A DNA stretch of 64,000 nucleotides from Octopus vulgaris (taxonomy: Eukaryota): contig OX597817.1 in the NCBI GenBank assembly GCA_951406725.2, positions 15,190,001 to 15,254,000 on the forward strand. Reading direction: 5' to 3'. Each line of letters starts with the position of its first letter. Position 1 is the stretch's first letter. Shown piece by piece: positions 51,525 through 64,000 of this stretch. The position numbers and the translations under genes are program-made. Below the pieces are notes generated by a model, which was not told the DNA's origin, made no database searches, and saw only the letters and a list, made by a program, of their open reading frames with translations.

Positions 51525-52631
51525 ATAACTTTCAAGAATCATTGGCTAACAAATGAAAGCAGTTAATGCAATTTTGAGTAGTATTGTCTTGTTAATAGTA
51601 AAAAGTGAGCTTTTGCAGAGAAATCTATCAAGTTGCACAATTGAATATGTTGATTAGAAAACAGATGGCAACTTTCTGATGCTTTATCAACTGATACCAA
51701 CATAAAAATACAGATATGAAACTTGGGAACAATAAAATGAGTTTCAGTGAATACTCAGATGTTTTGTTGCAGTAATAATAATTTATTTTTTTTAACAAAA
51801 ATAATGAATATACCATGGAAATTCAAAGAAACTTAGAAAAACTTATCAGAGAATATGATTTCTGAGTTTTAAATCAGTGGGTTTATTTACTGAGATAGAA
51901 ATTCATTTATCTTTTGATCCCAATGAAATGCTACAAGCCTAAAAGATGAAAAAGAAAGAATAACAACCAGGATGATCATTTCTATAATTGGTAAATTGAA
52001 AGCCAAGCAAACTTTATACACTCCAAATAGTGATAGATATTAAATAGCACATGCCACAACTTTGATGCATACCATAAAACAGGTCCAGAGAAAAAGTGAA
52101 AAAAATATTTCTTATAACTTGCTGAGATCCTTCTTTCAAGAAAGAATGAAATTATCGCAAAACAAAATTATAGATACCAATATACTGATTGAGAATATCA
52201 TGCACAAGCAGAACTATAAAAAGCAGTGATCAATCAATAAAATAATTCCTAACTGTGAGTAAAGAAATTCAAAACAAATCTTGATTAAGCAGCTATAGAC
52301 ATGAGCTGAAACAAGGAACTGATTATGATAAAAGGCATATATAGAGGGTCTATGATTTAATATACGATGTGTGTAACAAAAGAAGTTACAAGATATGTGA
52401 TTATGCATATATATATATATATATATCATTGTTTTGATATCTGACTCATACAAGTATGGGCCAGACAGGATTTGCTGAAGTAAGTTTTATTACAATTGGA
52501 TGCACTTCCTGCCACCAAGCTAAGTTAGATGACTACATAGGAGTTTGTGGACAAACAATACTCTTTTTGTATGAAACACACATCTATACACACATATGAC
52601 GAGCTTCTTTTCAGTTTTTACCTACCAAACT

Positions 52632-52828
52632 CATTCCGTCCAGGTTGCGGATCCGTGGAATAAGCTGCCGGACGAGATAGTGAAGATGCCGACGACCGCT
52701 CGGTTCAAAGTCTCCCTTGACCACAAGTGGCCTGAACTCTTTACATGAACACCACCCTGTACATAACTCCATGTCCCCCTACATGGCCTTGCTTTTTGCT
52801 TTTTGAGCCAAAAAATCAACTAACTAAC
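52632..52828 (+). mobile_element. Young CR1-type LINE 3' end with (TAAC)n tail
   Basis: Family match. Confidence 0.88.
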
Positions 52829-53781
52829 ATATATGTGTGTCTGTGCATGTCTTTATTATATATGTAAACGGAGTATGGGGCAAAACCATAACACAACATC
52901 TGAAGACATTAAAAGTACAAATAAAACAAATAAGAGCAATCTACCAACACAAAGAGGAGCCACCACCTAGATGAGATCAAGTACCTTCCAACCATGACCA
53001 TCTTCTGTTCCAATCACTTCCATAAGTAAAAGATGCATTGCTATTATTATTATTGTTTTTGTTGTTAAAATTTTGGTAATTACCATTTCTTTTTCTCATG
53101 TATTTGTCAAATTGTAAATGTTCATGTTTACAACAGGCTATTCAATTTCAGTTGTCATAATTTTTTTTCCCCCTGATGATCTATTAATTTTTTGTCTATT
53201 TTAGTTGGAGGTGTATTTTCTGCTACCACATCTGTGGCTCGTACTTATCTCTCTGCAACATCCAGTTCTTCTCTGGAGCTCTATTACAGGCAACCGCTCA
53301 TGGCAAACAATAACAACAACACAACCAGCAGAAGCAACAAAAACAAATTCAATGCCAAAATTTAAAAAAAAGTAACCCAAAGAAAGTAATACAACAAAAA
53401 TTCCAGTAAATAAACAACACTTATTTTATGTGTTACATGTGATCATTACACAGAAAATCATCATCAGTGTTTTACATCTAATTTTCCATACTAGCATGGG
53501 TTGGATGATTTTTTTTTTTCTGAAGCAGTGTTGGATGCCCTTCTTGCCACCAACCTTTTGACTCAGAAGTGTATGGGACTTTTGAATAGAAATAAAACAA
53601 ACTGATCTCACTAATTACAAGTGAATCTTATGTATATTATATGTGACTATTACACATAAATATGCTATTTAAATAGCATGTATGAAAGAATAAGGAAAAA
53701 ATAATCTCTTCAAACAACAAGGCAAAATGAAATGAACTTTTGAATACAGACACAATAAAATGAAACAACTGAACTTACAAT

Positions 53782-53886
53782 AAAACCAAATGCCATTTTA
53801 AAAACAAATCCTCTATAAAACCAAATGCCATTTTAAAAACAAATCCTCTATAAAACCAAATGCCATTTTAAAAACTAATCCTCTAT
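53782..53886. repeat. 35-bp tandem repeat x3
   Basis: AAAACCAAATGCCATTTTAAAAACAAATCCTCTAT repeated three times. Confidence 0.95.
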
Positions 53887-54630
53887 ACACATAAATAAAT
53901 CAATGAGCAACAAAAGTATGACTGGCCAAGTCAGGATATATAATGAACTTAGTAGTGTGAGAACATTGCAATCATGATGTGAAAATAAGGTAATATATGG
54001 TTCAGTGATGGTGTCCTCTCATAGGTCAACACTGAACAGAAATGCCTGTCTCTTGAGGAAAAATATGTAATATCACTGTACACTAAGCAATTACAAGATG
54101 CTAAAAATTGAAACAGAACTAACTCAGAGAAAGATGCATAATGAAAATAAAACAACTGACAATTAATAAAAAGATGATCTACCACAAACCAATGAAAGCA
54201 TTACAACAGAACCTACATATGCAAAACATAAGATTCCACAAATGAAATCTAAAACAGTAAAGAAACCTTCAAAGAACTCAAGTAAAAAATGATGATGAAC
54301 ACCAGAGAAGACTCCATGGAAACATTCAATCAAATATATGACTCAAGTATACCCTCAATCTTACATCATAATTGAAAATAATCAAAACTAATTTGCATTC
54401 CAGTTGCACATAACCTAAGATGATAGAATATGGTTTGAGAGAAATCTGGTTGTTATTTCAAGTATATCCAAGTAATCCTATAGATGCTCTTGTTGACTCA
54501 TGGTTGCTGACAGGTGAAGTACCCAGTCATAAAACATTTACACTATGGCAACACATGTATAAAATTTTAAGTAAAAGCATGTTCAAGTGGTGCCTCTCTA
54601 CAACCTAATGAATTACGGGTGTACATCATA

Positions 54631-54901
54631 TCGTCGGCTGCGGGGTCACTCCGAAAAGCTCTACCTGCGACGATTTCATCTCAATCGAAGGAGAGGAGCT
54701 TTCTCCGTCCGGGTTGCGGATCCGTGGAACAAGCTGCCAGACGAGATGGTGAAGATGCCGACGACCGCTTTGTTCAAAGCCTCCCTGGACCTCAAGTGGC
54801 CTGAACTCTTTACATGAACACCACCCTGTACTTAACTCCATGTCCCCCTACATGGCCTTGCTATTTGCTTTTGAGCCAAATTAACTAACTAACTAACTAA
54901 C
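54631..54901 (+). mobile_element. Young CR1-type LINE 3' end with (TAAC)n tail
   Basis: RLRGHSEKLYLRRFHLNRRRGAFSVRVADPWNKLP..FKASLD. Confidence 0.9.
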
Positions 54902-55307
54902 ATACGCATAAACATTATCAACATTTTCATGTTTTTAAATGCTACCAAGGGTTGAACGATTCTTCTCCAGCATATTTTCTTGCGACTTGATTCAGTCACT
55001 TGCCGTCTCTTCACCAGATTTACTTTGTGGTGTCCCATGGCTCTGTTTCTGAGTTTGAAAATCCTCTAAATATTCTACAGATTCAGCTATGAGAACTAAG
55101 TTACTGGCGTACTGGAGTTCTCATGAAGCAAATCTTAAACTCCTCTGTTATGACCTGAAGAACTATGATAACATGAAAGGGATGAGAACCAAGCCTTGAC
55201 AAAACTTACAGCATACTAAATTCCTTTTGAACTCGTTGCAAACTCATAACTTACTGACAGTATCTTTGTAAATAGATTGCTTGACTTTCACACACTGCTC
55301 ATCCACT

Positions 55308-55728
55308 CTCTCTTTACTCTTTTTACTCTTTTACTTGTTTCAGTCATTTGACTGCGGCCATGCTGGAGCACCACCTTTAGTTGAGCAACTTGACCCCGGG
55401 ACTTATTTTTTTCATAAGCACAGTACTTATTCTATCAGTCTCTTTTGCCGAACCGCTAAGTAACGGGGACATAAACACACCAGCATCAGTTGTCAACCAA
55501 TGCAAGGGGGACAAACACACTCACACAAACACACACATGCATATATATATATATACATATACATATATACGACGGGCTTCTTTCAGTTTCCGTCTACCAA
55601 ATCCACTAACAAGGCTTTGGTCGGCCCGAGGCTATAGTAGAAGACACTTGCCCAAGGTGCCATGCAGCGGGACTGAACCCGGAACCATGTGGTTGGTAAA
55701 CAAGCTACTTACCACACAGCCACTCCTA
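55308..55728 (-). mobile_element. OR2-like CORE-SINE
   Basis: Family match. Confidence 0.9.
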
Positions 55729-55945
55729 TCTAACTTTCTTAAAGATCACCTGATTACATATTGTAATACCTTCTGGAAGATCTTCCCCAAATCAATCAAT
55801 GCCAGGTAGAGTGATTTGCTCAAAACAGGGACTTCTCTCATTGTCGTCTTGCTAGGAAGCGGATGTCAGTAGTACACTGTCCTGGCACAAACCTCAACTG
55901 CAACATATCTAAGCTAATTCCCTTGCTAGTCAGCTTCTCTCCTTA

Positions 55946-56174
55946 TTAACCCTTTGGTGTTCGCATTATTCTTCCAAAATTAATGCTTCTTCATCCAAAT
56001 TGTTTTGAACTAATCATGCCTTATCTTGTAGCTATGAGATTTTGATGAGGTAGCTGTTAATTTTTAAAACAATATTATAGGGTTGGTGTGAGAGACCAGA
56101 TCCGGCCAGTTTGAACATAAAACAGGCAGAATACTTTTGGCCGGATATGTCCGGTTTAAATGCTAAAGGGTTAA
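55946..56174. mobile_element. piggyBac-type MITE, family B
   Basis: TTAA-CCCTTTGGTGT ... ATGCTAAAGGG-TTAA. Confidence 0.8.
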
Positions 56175-57830
56175 ATATACCTGACATCTAGCCTCTCTTC
56201 CAGTTATCTGATAGTGTTCCCCTCTTTCTTTCAATCTTTCCTGGCCTGACTCTAAGCTTTTATAATTCTGTCTACTGTGCCATTCGACTATCATGTAACT
56301 TTCAATCCGGTTGGTGCCAGATCTGGTCAGTGGCTCTTCTGACATATATATATATATATATCAGTGGCAAGCTGTCCTGGCATATATACAGCATTAAGAG
56401 CTTTTCTGAATTTATGTCTAGCAGAGAGAGCTTTCAGTCTCAATATAACTCCAAAGCTGCTTATCGTTAGTCTATACGGAGTGGTTCATTCTTCGTCAAT
56501 GGAAAGACTTAATATTCACAATCATCTGTCTATCCCATTTCCTGGTGAGTGTGAAGTCTATCTGTCTTGCATGCTCACTTGGTTGTCAGTAATTAGGTAG
56601 TTAGCTGGTTTTCTGAAATCAGTGTTGCAAATGGTTAAGCTATTTGCATCACAAATCTTGAACAGCCTTGACCACAGCTAATATCAACAGGTTCTATATA
56701 AAGTGCATTCTAGATTAGCAGAGATAACTGTAGCTGTTATGTTGACACTAGGATTAATTATTGTGTCACCTTCAGGATGCCTAAATTACTTTAGTTATAT
56801 ATTTCCATTCCAAGAATGTGTCTATTTGCCAGTATATTTACAGAATAAATAGTAATAAAATACAAAGAATATATCAATGCAATAGTTATCATAGAAGATT
56901 TTAAAAGTATTTTAAAATTACAATAGAGAAATAAAAAGAATTGAAAATATTTTAGATATAATTTTAAAAACCTGCAATAATATTAGTTTCTCCTAAATAG
57001 ATTTAACTGACCATGTTTGACTGAAACATGAGAAACAAAAGATTCCACAAACATTGATATTTGTCATTTCATTTTCTAAGATCTCAGGTTACATATTTTT
57101 AAATAAAAAAAAATATCATAATAATAGATTAAATAGAATAATAGTAACTTAAGTAAAGAGATTTTTTGGCTTGGATTCAATTTTCAGTTGAATAGTTCAA
57201 TTTTCTGAACTAATAATTCCATTGATCCTATGAAAGATATAACAACATTTCATTCTCCTTTTGGTATCACTAATGATCTGACTTCTAATTTTAAAAATAA
57301 TTGTTGATAATTATTTGTAGAATGGTTCTGCTCAGCAAAATTATCTAGTATAAGGCAAGGGACATTTTATTTTACTTACAACGGACATATCCTTTGTTTC
57401 TGTTTGTGGCTCTAAAAAATTATTTCAATTACAAAGAAAATGAAGATATAGAAGAAATAATTTAGAAATTTAGACTACTAGAGTTACACTAAAAAATCCC
57501 ACGACACAGTGTTCTGCATTCAAATCTCAAAAAGTTGAATTTTTGTTTACATGCCTCAAGCAAATATCAATATTACAGTAACTAAGTTAATTGATTATTC
57601 TTCACTTCAAGTGGGTTTTTGAAACCATTTTCTGAGTTTCAAGAAGGTGATCTTCCCATCTACAGACATCCAATTGCAGCGGTTCAAGTGCTTATCATCA
57701 ACAAACATCAATATGAATAGTCTTGGAGAACCTGCAAAGATCATGGATACCATCTCTTCCTAACACCACAAAAAAAAAAGAAAAAAAAAAAGAAAAGAAA
57801 AAGAACCCTCTATCTTAAGCTAAAAACCTC

Positions 57831-58058
57831 TTAACCCTTTCATTACCAACCCGGCTGAAACCGGCTCTAGCTCTGAGTACAAATGTCTTGTTTTCATAAG
57901 TTTGGAATAAAAATCTTCCACCAAACCTTAGTTGCAATTTATGTTCCTAACACTAGCTGAATGATAACTAAGTTATTTTACTAAATTCTTTGTTATATTT
58001 AAAGTAATTGAAAGAAACACAGAGCATCTCAAATTAAATACAGTAATGAAAGGGTTAA
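57831..58058. mobile_element. 230-bp piggyBac-type MITE, family A
   Basis: TTAA-CCCTTTCATTAC ... GTAATGAAAGGG-TTAA. Confidence 0.88.
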
Positions 58059-58611
58059 TATTGTGATACAAATAAAGTATATAAGTGGGAAAATTAAAGA
58101 TGCAAGGAAAAATACAAAGGATACCAGTAATAACATGACAGGAAAAAATTCTCAACAGATGGATAACTGCTGAACTGAGTACAGCTCATATAATACCTAC
58201 AAAATAAACTAATGTTGCTCCTTTGGATAGAGACAGATACCAGAAAATTAAGTAATTTAAAAAAGGAAAACAGCCCACTATCACCACCAGCAAATTAATA
58301 TTTTACTATTAAGCAGTTAAGATGTTACCTAATGTTAATAATCTCTTTATAATGGCTAAGATATTTTCAAATATTTATGGAATGGATTTAATTTTAAATG
58401 TTATGTATATTTGTATAATAACCTTATTTTAGCATTTATACATACATCATGTGTATGTGAGTGTGTACTTGAAGATTGTATCCAAAGTAATGCAAAAGAG
58501 GGCATAACTTTTATAGTAATTGATATAGGTTGTTCAAATTGCATATGTGAGTATAGTATATCTTCCTCTATAGTATATTTTCTTCCTGTTCTTCATTGCA
58601 ATAAATAATAG

Positions 58612-59375
58612 GTTCCAAGCAGAAGCAACATGCTGTTATCGAATTCTTGACAAAAGAGGAGTCCAGGCTGTCCCACATCCATAGAAGGCTACAGGTTGTC
58701 TACTGAGATGACACCACTGCCAAGAGCAAAGGAGAGGAAATCAGTATTGAAGACAAACCGCACAGGGGGAGACTATCAACTGCAACGATTGGCATGAACC
58801 ATCAGAGAAAAGAGGAATTGATTTGCAGAGAGATGAGTCACAATTTGTGAGCATGCTGCACAACTGGATGTGGTCACAATGCATTGCAGAAGGTGGTATA
58901 AGATCGGGTATTGGAAAGTATGTGCAAAGTAGGTACCTCAGCAATTGACACCCAATTTGAAGGAGATAAGGATGGAAATCTGCAGAGTCCTGGAAGCATT
59001 TGAAGCCAATGAAGATGTTTGTTTACCCTATGGGTGGGTGGGTGGGAATGAAATGTGGGTGTAACTTTATGATCCAGGAGAAAAAGTTTAGTCTATGGAA
59101 TGGTACTATTCCTGTTCTCCAAGGTCTAAATGGTTCAAGAGTCAGTGATTAGCACAGAAAGTCATAGTGACAGTGTCTTGGGATGACAGGGGTGTCTTCT
59201 TCTGGAACAAGGTTTTACTATGAAGTGTGAGCAGTACATTGACACCATCAAAATGCTTAAAGAAGACATAAGGAAGAAGGGACTGAACAAGAATTTGGAA
59301 ACAATCTATATTCATCACGACATTGTGCAATCACACACATCTTTAGCAATGGACCAGGCAATCAGCAAACAGTGG
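58612..59375 (+). pseudogene. Decayed mariner transposase
   Basis: KQHAVIEFLTKE..IHRRLQVVY; IEDKPHRGR; WKVCAK*VPQQLT (WVPxxL); GNEMWV*LYDP..SMEW..KVIVTVSWD; IHHDIVQSHTS (HDNARPH). Multiple stops. Confidence 0.85.
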
Positions 59376-60823
59376 TCTTTCTAAGCTCAGTGTGAATTAT
59401 TATGCAAAAGCAGATATGCATAGGTACTGTCTTAAAAACATAAGAATTGATATAATAAAAATAATTTGTTAAAGCTTATCATATGATGTAGATAAGATTC
59501 AGTTATCTGAAGCCAATATTTCATATGACATTGTAAAAGTATTTGTCATTTAATTATGTAAATCAAGAAAACTTTTAGCATATAAAGACAAATCTATCTA
59601 AAATAACATACTGACAATCTGTTAATTCTCTCTCTCTATCTCCTTCACACAAATACACACAAGCAACAAATAACGATATTAGATTCCATTTAATCTATTT
59701 CAGAACATGATTTATTTTTCCAAATTAAATACCTAAAATGCCCACAACATATCTTTATAGTTCTTAGGTGGAGTGTGATGCCTGGTTGATGGATAATTGT
59801 CCTCAATGACTTGTACAGAGATGTTTCAAAGTGTGTCACAAACATGGGACATCAAGGTTCAGAACTTAACTTGATACAAATTTCTGTAGGGTTGCTACAC
59901 TATTTCATGGATGAATGATTAAGATTATTTAAGCAGTAAGTACATGCAAGCGTTTCACCAGCAATTCATGCGAAAGTTTCACAAAACAATAGAAAACAAC
60001 CAAAAGCAAAAGTTTGTAAAAAAAAAAAAAGAAGTGAAAATGTTATTTACCTAAATTAAAATATATTTTTAATGGGAAATAAAATGTTTCTTTCTTGTAA
60101 ACTGATATTAAAATCATAAATTATTTGATTCTGCAAAATTATTACATTTCTGTGTGTGTGTGTGTGTGTGTGTGTATGTGAGAGAGAGGGGAGGAGAGTC
60201 AATGGGATGTCTTTTACAAACGGTCAAGATACATATTAGCAAAATAATTCCTCCACAATTCTATAACATATGTCATACTTCCTGTTTTTCTATACTTTTT
60301 AAGATTTTGCATAAGAAGGACAAACTAAAACTCATTGTTATATTTCGTGACCCCTACCCCAACCCCATTTACTTCCTCTGAATCAATGACCAGTCACATT
60401 TCCATGTAGCATTATTAAGACCTTTAAATAAAATGAACAGAAATAAGAAATAATTCGCAAAATCTTCTTCACTCCTAACATATTCACTATGAAACCTTAC
60501 AAGTTACTGAACCTTCAAAAGGGACACATTTTTTACATACTTTTTCAATTTATCAACAACAGGGGTTTAAATGACTACCAACATAGAACATTCAGTTGTT
60601 ATTGTAAACATGTTCATAATTATCATTGTTATTGTTAATATTTGAGTTGAAGAGGTGATGAAAATGCCACAGAGTTGCTCATTTTGAATCTGAACTCAAG
60701 TCCTATTTCATTCAACTTGGCCTTTCATCCTCTGGTTTCAACAAATGAAGTAACAGTAATACAACCGAAGATGAATTAACTGATTCACTCTAAAACTAAA
60801 AACTTAAAATAAAAAATAAAAAT

Positions 60824-60988
60824 GGCGTAGGAGTGGCTGTGTGGTAAGTAGCTTGCTAACCAACCGCATGGTTCCGGGTTCAGTCCCACTGCGTGGCATC
60901 TTGGGCAAGTGTCTTCTGCTATAGCCCCGGGCCGACCAATGCCTTGTGAGTGGATTTGGTAGACGGAAACTGAAAGAAGCCTGTCGTA

Positions 60989-61045
<57 letters not shown>

Positions 61046-61260
61046 TTGTGTGTCTGTGTTTGTCCCCCTAGCATTGCTTGACAACCGATGCTGGTGTGTT
61101 TACGTCCCCGTCACTTAGCGGTTCGGCAAAAGAGACCGATAGAATAAGTACTAGGCTTACAAAGAATAAGTCCCGGGATCGAGTTGCTCGATTAAAGGCA
61201 GTGCACCAGCATGGCCGCAGTCAAATGACTGAAACAAGTAAAAGAGTAAAAGAGAGAGAG
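60824..61260 (+). mobile_element. OR2-like CORE-SINE
   Basis: Full-length family match. Confidence 0.9.
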
Positions 61261-64000
61261 AGGTATCACCTATTTCAAAGAAATCACTATTATTGCTACT
61301 TCTAATGTCAGCCACTTTACATATGCTTTTGATATTTTTGCATGTATATCTGTGTATATAAATAAGTATCAGCATATAGCCGCATGAATTTCTCTCCATA
61401 CTTAATGATATATATACGCTAAAATTATATTTCTTTCCTGTATGAGAACTCACTGTTGTTGGTCATTCTCAATAAAGCAGACACTATGGCAAAAAGGAAA
61501 TAGTAAACAATTTCTTATGATCCACAAATCTAGCTTTGTTACATTGTTGTCATTTTTACAGTTTGTAGTTTGTAATCCTTCATTTTTCTCCAAATTTGAT
61601 AATTTATTGGGCATCTTTTTAGGCCCCACCTTTTATCAATATCATCATAGAACAGATGAAAAATTTTATCTTCTCCAGTGTACTGTTATTGACTATTTTG
61701 TTAGGATCAGAATGACAAACCAACACCTATTTTAATTCAAAATAGCAGGCACTAAATTTGGTACTATAAAATAGAAATAATGCCTTCTATCAATATGACT
61801 GTCCTTGAAATACTATCAGATAGATTAAAGAATAAATTATACAAAATGAATTATGCAGAAGAGTTTTCTTACAAGTTTGTATCAAATTGCACTGTTAAGC
61901 TATATAACTCTATATGTTTCAGGATTAATTAAAAATCCTTTTATTCTCGACTGTTAGTTACAACTAGGTTTCTTGGAAAAAGCAAGAATATTATGACATT
62001 GTACCCCCATCTATTTTGCTGATGTAAAAAAATCACCATGAGTATCAATCAGTAGATTTTCTTTACTGATACAGTCAAGTTATGATGCAGTATGAAGGAC
62101 AAGATCATGCATTTAAATCTTGCTGCATCAACTGTATTCTGTCTTAAGCATATCAATGTATGCATTAGTTTGTCTAACAAAAGACTGCTTTATATAGTCA
62201 GGTATCTTTTGTAAAACAGGAACAAAAGTAAAAGAAAAAAAACAATAAAGAAAAATTCAAGGGTGCTACAGAAAAGGGGAACAAAAAAGACATAATAAGT
62301 ATTAATTCTGAATAGTAGCAAAACTATTTGGTATAGAATAGTCCACAAGTTGAATAATCTATTAATCAAAGCAGGTCATTTATGTCAACCTTGTAAACAA
62401 TTTTGAAAATAGTAGTAGGCTTATTGATCTTAGAAAATATATAACATTAAAGTCACTCTAAGCTGGGACTATTTATTTGTTAATTATTATCAACATGAAA
62501 CAGAGAATGTTTTTAAATAAAAACATTTTAAAAAATTGCATAAAGAGTGTTTTAATTGTCCTACACATAAGTGTATATAATGAATTCTATCAACTTTTCC
62601 ATCAGAAAATCTAGAACCTGTCTCCAACAGAACATATCTAACAATATTTGGAAGCCTAAATTGTTTCATAGCGTCTTCTACAGCAACTAATCTTTTATAA
62701 AGCATCAATACACTACAAACATGTATACATCAAAACACATACTCTACAAGAAATAGGCTCTAATTTCTGAATAAGCTTACACTCATCAATGTTTTCCAGC
62801 CACTGGCACACTGTTCTTTCACTGACCTTTGAAGCATAAATACAATGGGCCTATGTATCTTTGAAATAGTTAAGCAGAGACTGTTCCTCTTAAAGCTAAC
62901 TGATACATATGTTCTCTTCTCATCACCTTCAGTGTTCCACCTTTACAGACTGCATAACTAAAATATATTTTTCTATATCCTTCATCAATTAAAACTTAAT
63001 TTCAGTTGCATTTTCCCCATTTCATATATCTTCCCTTCATCAACAAACCTGTAACAATTAAAAATAAGTGTTAACTAAACTAATCCCATACAATCAAGAT
63101 ATAGACTCTCTTTCTCTCGCTCTTCTCAGATCAGTATATTCAGCGAAAATAGTTAGGATCTAGTAATCATATATTAAATATATAATTTGCACAAGAATAT
63201 TTATTTCCTGGTAAGGGTAAAATACTAAGTAGAAACAAAACTATGCTAGATTTAAATCCTTAGTAATATTTAGTTCTAACCCCACATGTTCTGAGTTCAA
63301 ATCCTATCAAGGTTGACATACACTTCTGAGAATCAATAAAATAAGCACCAGTCAGGTAAAGGTTGACTTGATTGACTGTACACCCACCCTGAAAATTTCT
63401 AGTTCATAACAATAATTATTTCCTTGTGAGAATGATTTTATAAAGAATAGAAGGACCACTTCTTGTTAATTGTTTTTTTAATTTTGGGAGTTTTAGTTAT
63501 AAATATTAAGTAATAACTCAAATCCCATGCACCTAAATCTTCCTTTCTCTGTCTTAAGCCCAGTTATCAACACTAACTACTTCATAACACTTTACTTTTA
63601 CCTAGCTTAGATGATCTAATCTTATATTCAGTAAACACAGTTTTATCTCTTCATTTTCCTATCTTTTTTTTTTACACTGATATTGCTTGTAGTTTATTTG
63701 AATGCATTATATCAGACAGACCAAACTCTAAGCATGCAACCCTAACCTTATTCAATGTGTTTATTTACTAATTACATTTCATGAAATATTTTATGACACA
63801 AGCATAAATGGGAAATAATTTTTTTTTAGTGTAGAGGTAGAAATTTCAGTGTCCTTAATAAGGTAAATGGATCTATGCATTTCCAGGTTTTACTTTCCAT
63901 ATTGCTTAGCTCATTCGAACAAAGGAACTTAATTTTTTACTTTATGTGAAATATCGCAACAGTTCATAATCTTTCAGTTAATGCATTTACAAGTGCCTCT

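Noticed and set aside
53205-53364. Plus-strand exon-like GGVFSATTSVARTYLSATSS (MFS-like)
   Set aside because: Isolated, no GT donor and no partner exons; the similarity is too weak.
56163-56345. ORF with KSLE..ERGEHYQ resembling the SUZ motif KSxEEREEEYQ
   Set aside because: Spacing is wrong, ARxRIF is absent, there are no good splice sites and it runs into a MITE.

Overview
AT-rich animal genomic DNA, almost certainly a coleoid cephalopod (Octopus), judged from its SINE/LINE complement. The window is mostly intron of one large minus-strand gene of the R3HDM1/R3HDM2/ARPP21 (Drosophila encore) RNA-binding family. Six phase-compatible GT-AG exons (32079-32119, 31075-31286, 28596-28745, 10527-10628/10657, 1878-2017, 1-104) encode the post-SUZ region: RPWSSTDS, TKAGSFGG, IPAGSMIINPRTGQVYLNADG, then polyQ. 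I did not find the R3H/SUZ exons; they probably lie beyond 64 kb. Introns are filled with tRNA-derived SINEs, RTE/CR1/R4-Dong LINE fragments, piggyBac-type TTAA elements, a Helitron, a decayed mariner and Penelope-like fragments with hammerhead-ribozyme motifs. Best leads, all inferred from sequence alone: a frame-coupled 22/25-nt microexon plus alternative acceptor that may double as a poison exon; a possible pseudoknot over a weak 5' splice site; sense-strand intronic hammerhead remnants; and many inverted repeats that could form ADAR substrates. Most ORFs in the supplied track are repeat artefacts.
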